From: the human T2T-CHM13v2.0 reference genome, Homo sapiens
DNA length: 64,000 nucleotides
Assembly: GCF_009914755.1 (NCBI RefSeq)
Contig: NC_060932.1
Reading direction: 5' to 3' (one strand)
Each line of letters starts with the position of its first letter. Within the stretch, counting starts at the first letter, position 1. Position numbers and translations under genes: made by a program. The notes beneath the pieces are model-generated. The model did no database searches, was not told the DNA's origin, and saw only the letters and a list, made by a program, of their open reading frames with translations. Of the stretch, positions 1 through 14,475 are shown piece after piece.

Positions 1-35
1 AGTGGCTGTACTAGTTTACATTCCCACCAGCAGAT

Positions 36-895
36 TTTCTTTCCTACACATCTCCTTCTCACTTTGTCTGCTCAACTACTGGCCTCCGTCATGCTTATAG
101 AACATGCCAGGAATGTTTTTCCTCAGGGGCTTTGCACTTGCTTTGTCCTCTGATGTGGACATCTTTCCCCCACTTGTTCTCAAGGCTCCCTCTCTTGTAT
201 AGTCCAGCTCTCTGTCCATATTCTAGTTCCTCTGATAGAACACCCTCAGCATTCCCATCTAACCTAGGACCTCTGCCCCACAATCACTTACCACACATTT
301 ACCCAGCTTTATTTTTCAAAAGGACTTTGTGTTGATTTCCTAGGGCTGCTGTAACAAAGTACCACAACCGGGTAGCTTAAAACAACAGAAATGGATTCTC
401 TGACAGTTCTGGAGACCAGTGTTATTAGAGCCGTGCTCCTTCTGAGGACTCTAAAGAGGACGCCTTCCTGCGTCTTCCTAGCTTCAGGAGGTTGTGGGCA
501 ATTCTTGGTGTTCCTTGGCTTGTTTCCACATCTCCATCTTCACATGACCTTCTTCCCTGTGTGTGTGTGTGTGTTTGTGTGTGTGTGTCTCCTTGCCTCT
601 TCCTATAAGAACACTGGGACTCTGATTTAGGGTCTGTCATACTTCACCTTAACTAATTACATCTGCAAAGACCTTATTTCCCAACAAGATCACATTATGG
701 GGCACCACGTGGATGTGAATTCTGGACACTGTTCAACCACCACAGACTTGTTTATATTTGATGTTATGTGTGTATGTATTTGTTTGTTTCACCCTACTAA
801 AATGTTAACTCTGCAAGGGTAAGAATTAATCTCTTCGGTTCTTTGGTATATCCACAATGCTTTGTGGATGAATAATCAATATCTGCCACACTAAG
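36..895 (+). mobile_element. L2 LINE 3' fragment, split by an MLT1 LTR
   Basis: Degenerate L2 3' motifs (cctcaggggctttgcacttgct; L2-like end near 800-890) on both sides of the LTR; boundaries approximate. Confidence 0.55.
328..744 (-). mobile_element. MaLR solo LTR (MLT1B/C/D-like)
   Basis: ttcctagggctgctgtaacaaagtaccac...ggacactgttcaaccaccaca; TG..CA termini; perfect 5-bp TSD GACTT (323-327, 745-749); internal (TG)n. Confidence 0.85.
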
Positions 896-999
896 AAACT
901 CTGTTTTACATATAATGTAAATAACATATTTAGAAAAACAAATTTGAAGATCCAAAACAATTTTGAAGATCCAAATTCCAAGATGTTTGGGGTTATTTC

Positions 1000-3012
<2,013 letters not shown>

Positions 3013-3799
3013 TCTTTTTTTTTTTTTTTTAATTTCAATTTATGAGCTAATAGCTTAATCCTGGGTCTCATTTTCTCACTGGTGCCTTTTGCTCACTTCC
3101 AATGTCCTTGGCAAAGTCGAGCTTCCTTGTGAGTGTCCAGACCAGTGACCAGGGTTTTCATGGAAGGGGAAACTCTTTAGGAATCTGGAATTTATGCAAG
3201 GCCTCTGCTTTCATGGACCTAAACCCGTATTTCCTGTATCTCTTGAAGAGCAGAACCTTAGTTTGTACCGCCTACAATACACATCTTAGTCTAAAACCCC
3301 AAGGGCCTTTCCAGAATCAGCTCAGGTTTATCTTGCTGGCATTACTTCTCTTTTTATGTCTGGAACCTACAAATTCTCATTCTTTCTTTTGAGTTCATTT
3401 TCGTGTCAAACAGTTTGTTATATTTTCTCAACATGTATATGATTTTAATAACAGGAGGGGGCTTATCTGTATCATTTTAGACTTGCTAGATTGCTGGAAG
3501 CATCTCTAAAATTTAGTGGAGTTCCAGGGATTACAGAGTGTTCATGTAGACCTTAGAATATCTTGCTTAGAAGCAGCAGGAAATGATCACAGTGTTTAAA
3601 TCCCACCTGAAAAATAGTAGAAAACATTACTCGGTATTCAGAGATGCCTTGTAAAGGGTAGTTAAATAAGCACCTCCTGCAAAATTAGGGGATTTTTATT
3701 TTATTATTTATTTTTTGTATTACTTTATTTTTTATAGTATATGAAATGAACAAAAATTATTTCTGAAATTATGAAAACTGATTTAACATCATAGACACA

Positions 3800-4300
3800 A
3801 ACATCGGGCAAAGAGGGGGATCCACGAGGCTGGGAGGTGCTGTGCGTTTCTGCCCTTTACTTCTGTTTCTGACACCACTCCTCTGATGCGCTTGGATTTT
3901 TATGCATGAACAAGGCGGCACTTGACCCTGATTTCCCGCTTATCTCCATCCCCTGAATCTGGGATGACATTTGACATTCTCGGTTGTTTCTTTTTTACCC
4001 CCTCTGAAGAATTTGTATTTACCGAAGAGTTTGTAAGAACAAAGGGATGGAACTTCTTTAAATAGACGGGCTGTTTCCTCTGAACAGCAGGACAAGCAGG
4101 CAGCCAGGCTTTGGGTGGTTTCCCAGGAGCGGGATTTCTGGCATGCTTGGCTCTTCTCTCCGGGCAAACGCCTTGGTGCCTCACCACAAACACTAACTCC
4201 TTCTTCCTTTTTCCTCGCCTGCCCACAGCCTGCCAACGTCACTTGAAGGAGCATAAATAGCTATACCAGGCGTGTCTCTTAATCGGATCAACGTGAACTT
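3800..4300. promoter_or_regulatory. Candidate enhancer/promoter: unique, CpG-enriched segment
   Basis: 17 CpGs counted in ~500 bp of apparently non-repeat DNA; RUNX-like ACCACA, SOX/TCF-like AACAAAG, half-CRE ACGTCA, TATA-like CATAAATA (4252). Confidence 0.35.
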
Positions 4301-4509
4301 TTTTCTTTTTTAGAAAATTCCTTCCAAAATATGATATGATTTGAGTTCTTTCTCATTGAACAAGAGAAGCTTTCAACAGCTAGCGTGGAGCCAGAAAGCT
4401 CCTGCACAGATGTGCAAACAGTTTATGTGCAATTCTTTCTTTTTCAGAGAGGAGAATAAAAACCAGGTTAGAGGACTCCATGACCTCTGAGAAAAGAAGT
4501 TTACGATTC

Positions 4510-4785
4510 AGCCAGGTGTGGTGGCTCACACCTGTAATCCCAGCACTTTGGGAGGCCGAGGCAGGTGGATCACAAGGTCAGGAGTTTAAGACTAGCCTGG
4601 CCAACGTGGTGAAACCCCGTCTCTACTACAAATACAAAAATGAGCCATGCGTGGTGGCACGCGCCAGTAGTCCCAGCTACTTGGGAGGCTGAGGCAGGAG
4701 AATTGCTTGAACCCGGGAGCAGAGATTGCAGCGAGCCGAGATGGTGGCATTGCACTCCAGCCTGGGCGACAGAGCAAGACTGTCT

Positions 4786-4818
<33 letters not shown>
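4510..4818 (+). mobile_element. AluS (AluSg-like)
   Basis: Full dimer, long poly(A); 16-bp TSD aagaagtttacgattc (4494-4509) / aagcagttaacgattc (4819-4834). Confidence 0.93.
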
Positions 4819-4819
<1 letters not shown>

Positions 4820-5084
4820 AGCAGTTAACGATTCTATAAGCACTAAGGTTTTCTGTCCCCGGCAAATGCTTAAGCTAGTTGCCCTGAGGTCCCCATGATG
4901 AGTGCCCCTCTCGGGCTGAGAAGTTATAACCATTTCACTGTCCCCAGCAGAGACAAATATTTGACCTTGAATATCTATTCATATGGTCTTCATTTGTAAC
5001 CACTTCCAATCATCAAATTTGAGATAAGTGGGAGCTTTTCCTGAATAAAACTATATTTTTTATTCTCCCATGTAGTCTAGGATG

Positions 5085-5330
5085 GCCAAATGACCATATT
5101 TCTGGCCAGCAGTATGTAAATAGAAGTTCACCTGTGCTTTGGAGGAAATGTTCCCAACAGGAGTGAGTGTTTGTTCATCCTCTTCCTTGTTGTTGCGAGA
5201 TGTGATGGCTGATACTGAAACAGCCACCTGGGACTCTGAGGTAGAAGCTGTATGGTGAGAATGGCAGAACAGCAAGGTAGGAGGGGCCTGGGGCCTGACA
5301 AGTGTAACAAACACCCCTACCTGCCCTACA
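5085..5330 (+). mobile_element. MLT1H/I/J-like MaLR LTR fragment
   Basis: ggatggccaaatgacc..ttctggcca; gatggctgatactgaaacagccacct..gaatggcagaacagcaagg. Confidence 0.6.
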
Positions 5331-5387
5331 CTGCCAATCTCTGTGCCTGTGTTGTGGGTATTAAAGGAATATATTTGTATCTTTTTA

Positions 5388-5708
<321 letters not shown>

Positions 5709-6884
5709 TAGATACTCTGTCATCCTCAAAGAGGCTTTATCTTAACTTCTATTTGTAGTTTTTATCTTCTTCTAATTGTAGTTTTTGCCTTGCTCTATTT
5801 CACCATTTAATACTGTTGAAAACAAAGTTTACAACCTACCACCTCTTACTCTTCTAAGAAATCCAAGAGACTGTTCTGAAGATAGATCCTCCAGTACAGA
5901 AAATCTAGCATGCCTGGACTTTGCAGTGCTGCAGTTGTTTCAACATGGCAGTTGTAATGCAATCATTAAGCAGTTATTGAACATAGACGTGGTACATTTT
6001 CCATCCCCTGCCTTCCTGATTACCTTTAAAAAAAATAGCTAATTAAGTTAAAGTAACAAGGTAACACAAATTTAAAATACACACTCTATTAACGAGGAGT
6101 ATGTTGCAATGCAAATTTATGACTAATTTAGAAAGAATGCCATTTTGAGAACAATTTGCCAAAGTTTTTTTCCCTCTACTTGACTTCAGGCTGGGGAAAA
6201 CTAGCACTTTAATTACAAACTAGACAAATACAGTCTATGAAATCTTGTTTAGTGAGTTCAAGTATAATGAGCTTTCAGAAAGCGGTGAGGAAGAAAATGA
6301 TCATTTATTTATTGGGTTTTGCTGCTTGGTATTTTGTGTTTGCATTTGTTTGGCGTAGTTTTCCTTTAAGACTTAAAAGCACTGTTTCTGATATAGAGAA
6401 GAAAGATGCCAAGACATCATCTTGGTAACTCCTAGACTGTTGTGAAGAGTCTGTTCCTACCCCTGGACTGAACAGAATCTCTATCACTAGCGTGATAGAG
6501 CCAGAGCAATGTAAAAATCAAGGCAGCGCCCAGTTTTCTTTCTTGTTACCAACGAGTCTTGTTACCTCTTGTCTGTAGCCAGTGTTTTGCCTGTTGAATG
6601 TCAACCACAAAGGAGATGTCTATCATCAACACACTGCTCAGCTCTCAATCGGATCTGCTTGTTTAGTCAATATCTTGTTCAGTTTCTTAGGACACTTGTC
6701 TTTGCGTGGGAATAGAGGATGGGACTGAAACTTCTAGATGGATATTGGTGACATGAAGAGAAGGTTTTCATATTTCACCATGGTGGCCGATTTGGGATCT
6801 TCCATTTAGCTGGGATGGTAGCAGATGCTTACCCCAATGCACTGGCCTATTGTTTCTCCTTTCTTCTACAGGTTATGTCCAAGA

Positions 6885-8435
6885 AGACAGAGCACCTTTG
6901 CATTGATCATTGTTGTATCCTTAGTTTCTAGCACAATAAACGGTACAAAACAAATGTTTAATAAATATTTGTCTGAATAACAAATAACCCCCTTTATCTT
7001 CAGGATAAAGTTTGGGCTCTTTTGCGTGACATTCAAGATACTTACAATCTGCACTTAACCTTTTTTACTGGCTGCATTTCCTACTATCTCCTGACAATTA
7101 CTGAACAATAATATTGAAGCCTACATAGTTTCCTGAGCAGGCGTGGACTCATTCTGTGCATTTGCTAAGGGTACCCTTGGTAAACTTTTAAGATACAGCT
7201 TAAATATTATCTCTATATAGCCTCTTTGAAACCCAGCAACTGCTTGTGCAATGAATTTAATAAAAAACACTTACGGACCAGCTACTCTGTTTCAGGAACA
7301 GCCCAAAGTTCTGAGACCAGTACTTGAGGGTAGAGGAACACTATGCTGGAACAAAGGAAATCAGGGCAGAGCATAATGGCCAAGGGTCAGCAAAATCCAC
7401 CTTAAAAATCCTCCCTATGTATTTTTCAAGAAGAAAAAGTTGAGCCCATGGAGAACCGATGGACTTAATAGCTAGTTGCTTTATTCAACAGTACTTGCCT
7501 AATTATTCCTTCTTTCTAATCCCTTTGGATTTCAACACTAACTACTATGCATTCCCAGTGCAACCCATCCTGTATCTGACCTCTGTACTGTTGCCTTTGC
7601 TCTCCCTCTGGCTACTCTACACCCCTTCTCCACACCTGCCTGGCTAACTTCTACCTGACCCTAAGGAATTAGATCAGGGGTCCTCTGCCAGAAAGCTTTG
7701 CTCATTGCCCCTTTAGTTTGAATTAAACAACTCTCACGGTACACATGTCTATCACTGCTTTCACCATTTGTAATTATTTATGTGTCAAATCTCCCTGCCT
7801 CCCTGAGAGACACATGGAAATCTTGCTGAAACTGCCAATGACATAAAGTCAGGGAGTCTGAATTTTGATAACTTCCCCAAGTGATATCATACACATTTAG
7901 AACCACTTCATTGGATTGTAAGTTCCTGGGGACCAGGGAATCTCTCATCAGCATGTGTGCTTGGTACAATGACTCTTATGCAGGAGATAGGCTATTAATT
8001 CAAGATCATTCACCGAGTGAGTAAGTGGATGACAGTGCCTGAGTGGCATCAGAACAAATGATAAGATCTTCCCCTGTGTGCTCCATGGAGTCTCTTCAAC
8101 TCCTGGCCCTGGTCCATCTGGCCTTACCTCTGAATTCTTACCTTTCATAGGTGCAACTGCATTCACCTTTCATCCTGTCTTCATTTCTGGATCCTTCCTT
8201 GGGATTTAGCTCTTTTGTCTATGGTAACATATTACATAATTTACCTATTTCTTAGGTTTATTGTCTTTTGTCTGTTTCCCCTCACCAAGATTTAACCTGT
8301 ATGAACACAGCGATTCTCTTTCAATTTTTTTCAGTGATAAACATCTATTTCAATGACCTAGAATGGTGCCTGTTGTGTAATAGATGCTCAATAAATATTT
8401 GGCTAATAAATGAATACATGAGTGAATGGATGAAT
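6885..8435 (+). mobile_element. Cluster of L2 3' fragments with a MER5-like piece (~7815-7910)
   Basis: L2 termini tttaataaatatttgtctgaataa (6957-6980) and gatgctcaataaatatttggctaataaatgaa (8383-8414). Confidence 0.6.
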
Positions 8436-10759
8436 TTCCTGAGATGGATCCATTGCTCTTCAGCCTTTGCTCTTGAACTTAATTTGTGCAATGACATTTT
8501 CTCCCCTTTGATTAATTTCTGCCAAACAGTCCTCTCGTAACTTTATCTACCTCCTCATCTCCTTGCCGGACACCCCAGCTCTCAGGCTCTGCCTACAGAC
8601 CACCATCTTGTCACACTCAGGACTGGCCCCTCCTAAGCAGTTCAAAATGTCACTGGCTATTCCTTGTCTCCAAGGGATCAAAGTAGTATCCTTTGTTTCA
8701 AAATATTAGCACTTCCATGAAAGCCAAGATTCCAGCTGCTGTCTTTAATCTATTCTAAGGCTGGGCAAGGAAATCTCTGCTTCCTACTTGGAATGCACAG
8801 AACTCCCCTCTGGGAAATAAAGATGACATGGGTTAGATTCATCACTGCAGATGGCACCTGCTGCTGCATCCTCCTAAATGATTCCACATTTGGGCAAGCT
8901 AGTTGGGGCAGAATGGCTGGCTTCAAATGTTTTCTGGCTTGCTAACGAGTTACTTGGCTGCATCTTTTTACCTTGAGTCACTGATTTGAAAACAACCCAG
9001 ATTTCTGGTGATAAAAAGTGCTTCTGTTTGACAGATGGGGTACAGCATGTCTAAGAAATGATGTTTTCTTTCAGGCCAGGTCGTGGTGAATAATTGTTTC
9101 TACTTGCTATGGTGGGGACAGACTCAAAACCTAACCTGTGCCTTTCTTCTCCGTGGGCATGGTCCCTGAGGTGGAGGGTAGGAGCTCATCATGCAGAGAG
9201 GTGGCCTGAGACCTTTGATGGGTCTGAGAATGTCCACATGTGACTGGAGACCTCAGGGACATAGGAAGTAAAGGGTGAGCTATTGGATGGGGAAATTGAG
9301 TTAGGGAGGCAGGCAGCAGGGTCAGCAGAGTGGGATAGTAGAGAGAATGCCACCTTGGTTTTCCAAAGCACAACTTCACCTTCTCACACTGTCACTTACT
9401 ACCTATGTGATCCTTGGTTAGTTAAGGAAATGAATTTCAGAAACTGTCTAATATGTAAAAGAGAAGTAACAACGTCTCTTGTGAGGTTATGTTACCACTC
9501 GTTGGTGAAGAAGTTGTATATACACGCTAAAGTGCTATAGAAATGGAAGTCAGATGATCAACTAGCTGAACTTTTAGCTTCTTCCTTGAGGAATGTCAGA
9601 TCCTTTTTCTTCTTTGTTTCCCAAATCCTACCTTCAAAGGCAAATCAATTCTCCTCTTCTTAACTCAGAGTTAGTGAATTTTATCCAGAGATCATTGAGT
9701 CAAACTATGGCCCTCTGTGGGTAGAATAAAGACAGGAAAGATGTACTAAAATACACCATGCAGGTCCAGGTAACTAGTGGTTTGCATTGTCTTTGTTGGG
9801 CTATGGAAGATACTTGGGTTTGAATTCTCTTTTCATGTGTATGACCTTAACAAAATGAGAGACTACCATGTAGGTCAACTGACTTGTTTTCTCCAGCTGG
9901 AATATGCACAGATAGTACACACACAGCTGGTACACACACACCTAGTTCATGTATAGCTGATACGTAGAAGAACTGAGGCTGTACTCCAGGTCTTTTGGAG
10001 TCTAAAGACTTTTTCCCCGTATGTCCTAGGATAACCACTGGTATAGGAAATCAGGGAAGAACAGGAAAAGACAAAGCATCCTAGTGTCAAACATTTGGGT
10101 AAATGTAGCTGCATTTGTTTTATAAATACAATTATTCATTTCCCAAGAGCTTCAAGGAATATGAAAACTTTCTTCCCAAATGAGGCTCAATGAAGTCACT
10201 TTCATTTCATTCATTCATTAAATCATTTGACAAATACTCATGAGTGCCTAATATATGCTAGATAATGTTTTAAGCCCTGAGAACAAGGCATAATGAGTCA
10301 ATCAAGGTTACTGCCTTCATAGAATTACTGGGAAAGAGGTAAAGAACTTTTTGGGCATGGTTGTTTTTATATTACATGAAATAGTACCCCTATCGGGAGG
10401 ATTGTGCTCACCTACAGGTACTTTTGAGAGATAATTCTGTTCTCAGGAATTTATTTTAAGAAAAAAAAAGATTGCACAAATATCTATTTTTTAGAATGTT
10501 TTCCACAGTATCATTTATGTTGGCAAACAAGTAGGAAACTGACTAGATGTCTATTAACAGGGAAAAGATTACATTGATCAGAATCACGTTCACGGAATGG
10601 CACCACCTTTACACAGTATGCACATACAGTATGATTCCTATTAGATGAAGAAAACCATGGCTCTCTGTGGGTGGAATAAAGACAGGAAAGATGTACTAGA
10701 GTATGCTGCTCCAGATTACTGGTGGTTTTCATTGTCTTTGTTGGGTTATAGCAGATAGT

Positions 10760-10945
10760 TAGGTTTGAATCCTCTCTTCCTGGGTGTGATCGTAAGAAAA
10801 CGACCTAAATACCATGAGTCTTCTCTCTAAAATGGGAATAAAGGTGACCTTGCAGGGCTGTTGTGAATTTTAAATGAGATAATGTATATTAAAGTCTATA
10901 TAGCACAGTGCCTGGTCCAGAATTAGAAGTTAAGAATGATCTGTT
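10760..10945 (+). mobile_element. MIR SINE
   Basis: ggtttgaatcc...taaaatgggaataa..accttgcagggctgttgtgaattttaaatgagataatgtat..agcacagtgcctgg. Confidence 0.8.
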
Positions 10946-11319
10946 TATTCATATTATTTTCTAAGGTGTCTACAATTAATATGTATCACTTCATTAATCA
11001 GAAGAAAACCTAATCAATATTAAAAAAGAGAGAGGGGCAGAGCCTGACAGACAGAACCTCTGACAAGCAAGACATCAAATGCCCTTGCTATTTATTGCCA
11101 TAGTGGGTAATGAATATTAGTTTAACAATCCTGCGATGGCCATATTGAAAGAGAAATTGTCATAAAAAGTTTTGTTTTTTCTGAATAGGAATCTTCAGAA
11201 GATACCTGAGAATATATCTTAAGGTTCCTTGTGTCCAAGAGTGGTTAGGATTAGAGGGCTGAGCCATAGCCAGTGAACAGACATTGTCAGTTTCACCTAG
11301 GAAAGGATGCATCTGTGGA

Positions 11320-11470
11320 GGATGCTGCCTTGTGAGGTAGTGAGCTCCTCATTGTCTATAGGTAATCTAGCCAAGGATAGGAGACCCTTTTCCCATTAGC
11401 TTGCAGGAAAAATTTCTGTATTGGGTGGAGGTTGGACTGGTTCTTTTCCATCCTTGTGATGCAATGAGTT
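11320..11470 (+). mobile_element. L3/CR1 3' fragment
   Basis: gctgccttgtgaggtagtgagctcc...gggtggaggttggactgg, typical of the CR1 3' end. Confidence 0.6.
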
Positions 11471-11554
11471 CATGAAATACCAGAAATAAATTTTTTTTTC
11501 CTTTGTATCTTCCTAGGAACTTCCACAACCACACCTGATTCCTACCAGAATTTA

Positions 11555-11864
<310 letters not shown>

Positions 11865-12203
11865 TTACGTTTGTTTTTGGTACCTTTCTCTGTTGCCCAA
11901 CCCCACACATAAGAGTATAATAACCTCGTGGTGCCCTAAGTGGTTCTGGGTGCAACTCTTTGCCATACCAGGGTGAGTTCTTCATCAGTGTTTCCATCAG
12001 TACAATGCAGAGGAAACAGCCTGGACTCTGAAATAGGAAATGCTACATTTAGATCTTGACCACTTTATGGAAAAGAGAGTAAACATAACCTATGACAAGT
12101 TTTTTAAAAAGCTTGGTTTTTCTTCTCTGTAAAATATGAATGAGAAATGATTTATCATGGGCTTCTTAGGAGAATGACATAGAGAGCCACTGGGAAAATA
12201 TGA

Positions 12204-12548
<345 letters not shown>

Positions 12549-12924
12549 CTTGCCTTTCCTTTTTTCCTCTTCCTTCTTCCCTTTCTTCTTAGAACTTCTC
12601 TCCTTAATTTTGTTTCTTACTTTTTTCCTTAGGTGATTTTCCTTTTCCTTCTCTTTCCCTAATGCTAACAACAATCTTCTGCTTTTGTCTGGTCATTTCA
12701 AATTTGTAAATATACGTTCTTATACTTTCTCAGTTGGCCTTCACCAAAAAATAAAGAAGTTTGTAAAGAGTAGAAAGAAAGAAAAGAAAACAAAAGAAAG
12801 CAAACAAAAATCACTCCTGTGAGGCAGGTAGTATCGTTTTAGCTTTACAGTTGAGAAAACTGAGACCAAGAGAAATGAAATAATTTGGCTAAAGATATAG
12901 GGCAATCAGTGGAAGACTTGATAG

Positions 12925-13325
12925 AAATAATGTAGTACATGTACACCATGGAATACTATGAAGCCATAACAAAGAATGAGATCATGTCCTTTGCAGCAAC
13001 ATGGATGGAATTGGAGGCCATTATCCTAAGCAAACTAACACAGGAACAGAAAACCAAATACCACGTGCTCTCACTTGTAAGTGGAAGCTAAACAACGAGA
13101 ACACATGGTCGCAAAGAGGGGAACAACAGGCCCTGGGGCCTGTTTGAAGGTGGAGGGTGGGAGGAGGGAGAGGATCAGAAGCAAATACCCATTGTGTACT
13201 ATGCTTATTACCTGGGAAAGAAAATAACCTGTATACCAAACCTCCATGACACACAGTTTACCTGTATAACAAACCTGCACATGTACCCCTGAACCTAAGA
13301 TAAGTTAAAAAAAATTAAAATAAAA
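12925..13325 (+). mobile_element. L1PA13-16-like 3' end
   Basis: End of ORF2 (caccatggaatactat..gagatcatgtcctttgcagcaacatggatgga), 3'UTR gagggtgggaggagggagaggatcag, A-rich tail. Confidence 0.88.
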
Positions 13326-13516
13326 ACTGAACAACAAAAAGAGAGAAGTTGTAGGGCAGGACAGACAAGAGTAAAACCTGGACCAACCCCAGATCGCAGG
13401 GACTAAAGGAGATGCTGGCTACTCTCATTTCTTTGATGTTTTTACCAAATTAAAAAGGAAGGAAAACATCAAAATAGGGTTTAACAAATACAGTCTATTC
13501 ATAAATGACTGCTTTT

Positions 13517-13850
13517 ATTTATTTATTTATTTTTATTTCAGTAGGTTTTTTGGGCAACAGGTGGTGTTTGGTTACATGAGTAAGTTCTTTAGTGGTGATT
13601 GCTGAGAATTGGGTGCACCCATCACCAGAGCAGTGTACACTGTACACAATGTGTAGTCTTTTATCCCTCACCTGACTCCCACCCTTTCCCTGAGTCCCCA
13701 AAGTCCATTGTGTCATTCTTATGCCTTTGCATCCTCATAGCTTATCTCTTGCTTATAAGTGAGAACATGGGGTGTTTGGGTTCCCATTCCTGAGTTACTT
13801 CACTTAGAATAATGGTCTCCAATTCCATCCAGGTTACTGCAAATGCCATT
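13517..13850 (-). mobile_element. L1PB (L1PB1-like) 5'-truncated 3' end
   Basis: aacaggtggtgtttggttacatgagtaagttctttagtggtga...; 16-bp TSD ataaatgactgctttt (13501-13516) / ataaatgattgctttt (13851-13866). Confidence 0.9.
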
Positions 13851-14049
13851 ATAAATGATTGCTTTTAAAACTTACAAAATACATGCAGTTTATATCTATT
13901 ATCATTTGGGGAGAAAAGGTTAAAATGTACATTTGAGGATCTTCTTGGATGTCAGGTTGAGGCCAAATGGCCATTCAGAGCTCACCTCCTCCCCTTCACT
14001 GGCCTGTGCAGATGCTGTGGGTTGGCAGGGGATGTTCTGGTAGGAAATG

Positions 14050-14475
14050 ACACAGGAGCTGGCCAGTTGCATTGGCAGAGGGTGGCCGGTAGGCTTTTCA
14101 ATTAAAATAAATCACAGTGATTGAGCCATCATATGAGCAGAGGGTTTGATGGCAATAAAAAGGAACACACTGATGTGTTTTGAAAGGCTGGTGACTTATT
14201 GCAATGGAGCATGGGAAATGAAGGGATGCGGGGCCAGCACCGCCCCCCCTTCCCCCTCCCCCTCCCCCGCCCCCCGAAAGGGCTCTCGACACCGCAGGAA
14301 ATGTGCCATGGCCATCATGAAGCAGGGCTGAGCCACAGACGCAGTATTGTTCATCGGGCCTCAGACCAGGCAGCCAACTTGATTACGATTTGGCAGAAGC
14401 TGGGTCTCTGAAGTAATTTCAAACCTGCCCCAATCACAAGCAAATATCAAGTCATAAAACAAAAGAGCCGGGAGG
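14050..14475. promoter_or_regulatory. Candidate enhancer containing a G-quadruplex/i-motif tract
   Basis: Apparently unique sequence with GCAATAAAA and GTCATAAAA (posterior HOX/CDX-type) motifs and five C-runs at 14243-14276. Confidence 0.35.

Noticed and set aside
935-972. 19-bp tandem duplication aaaacaa(a/t)tttgaagatcc
   Set aside because: Ordinary two-copy slippage duplication with no further structure
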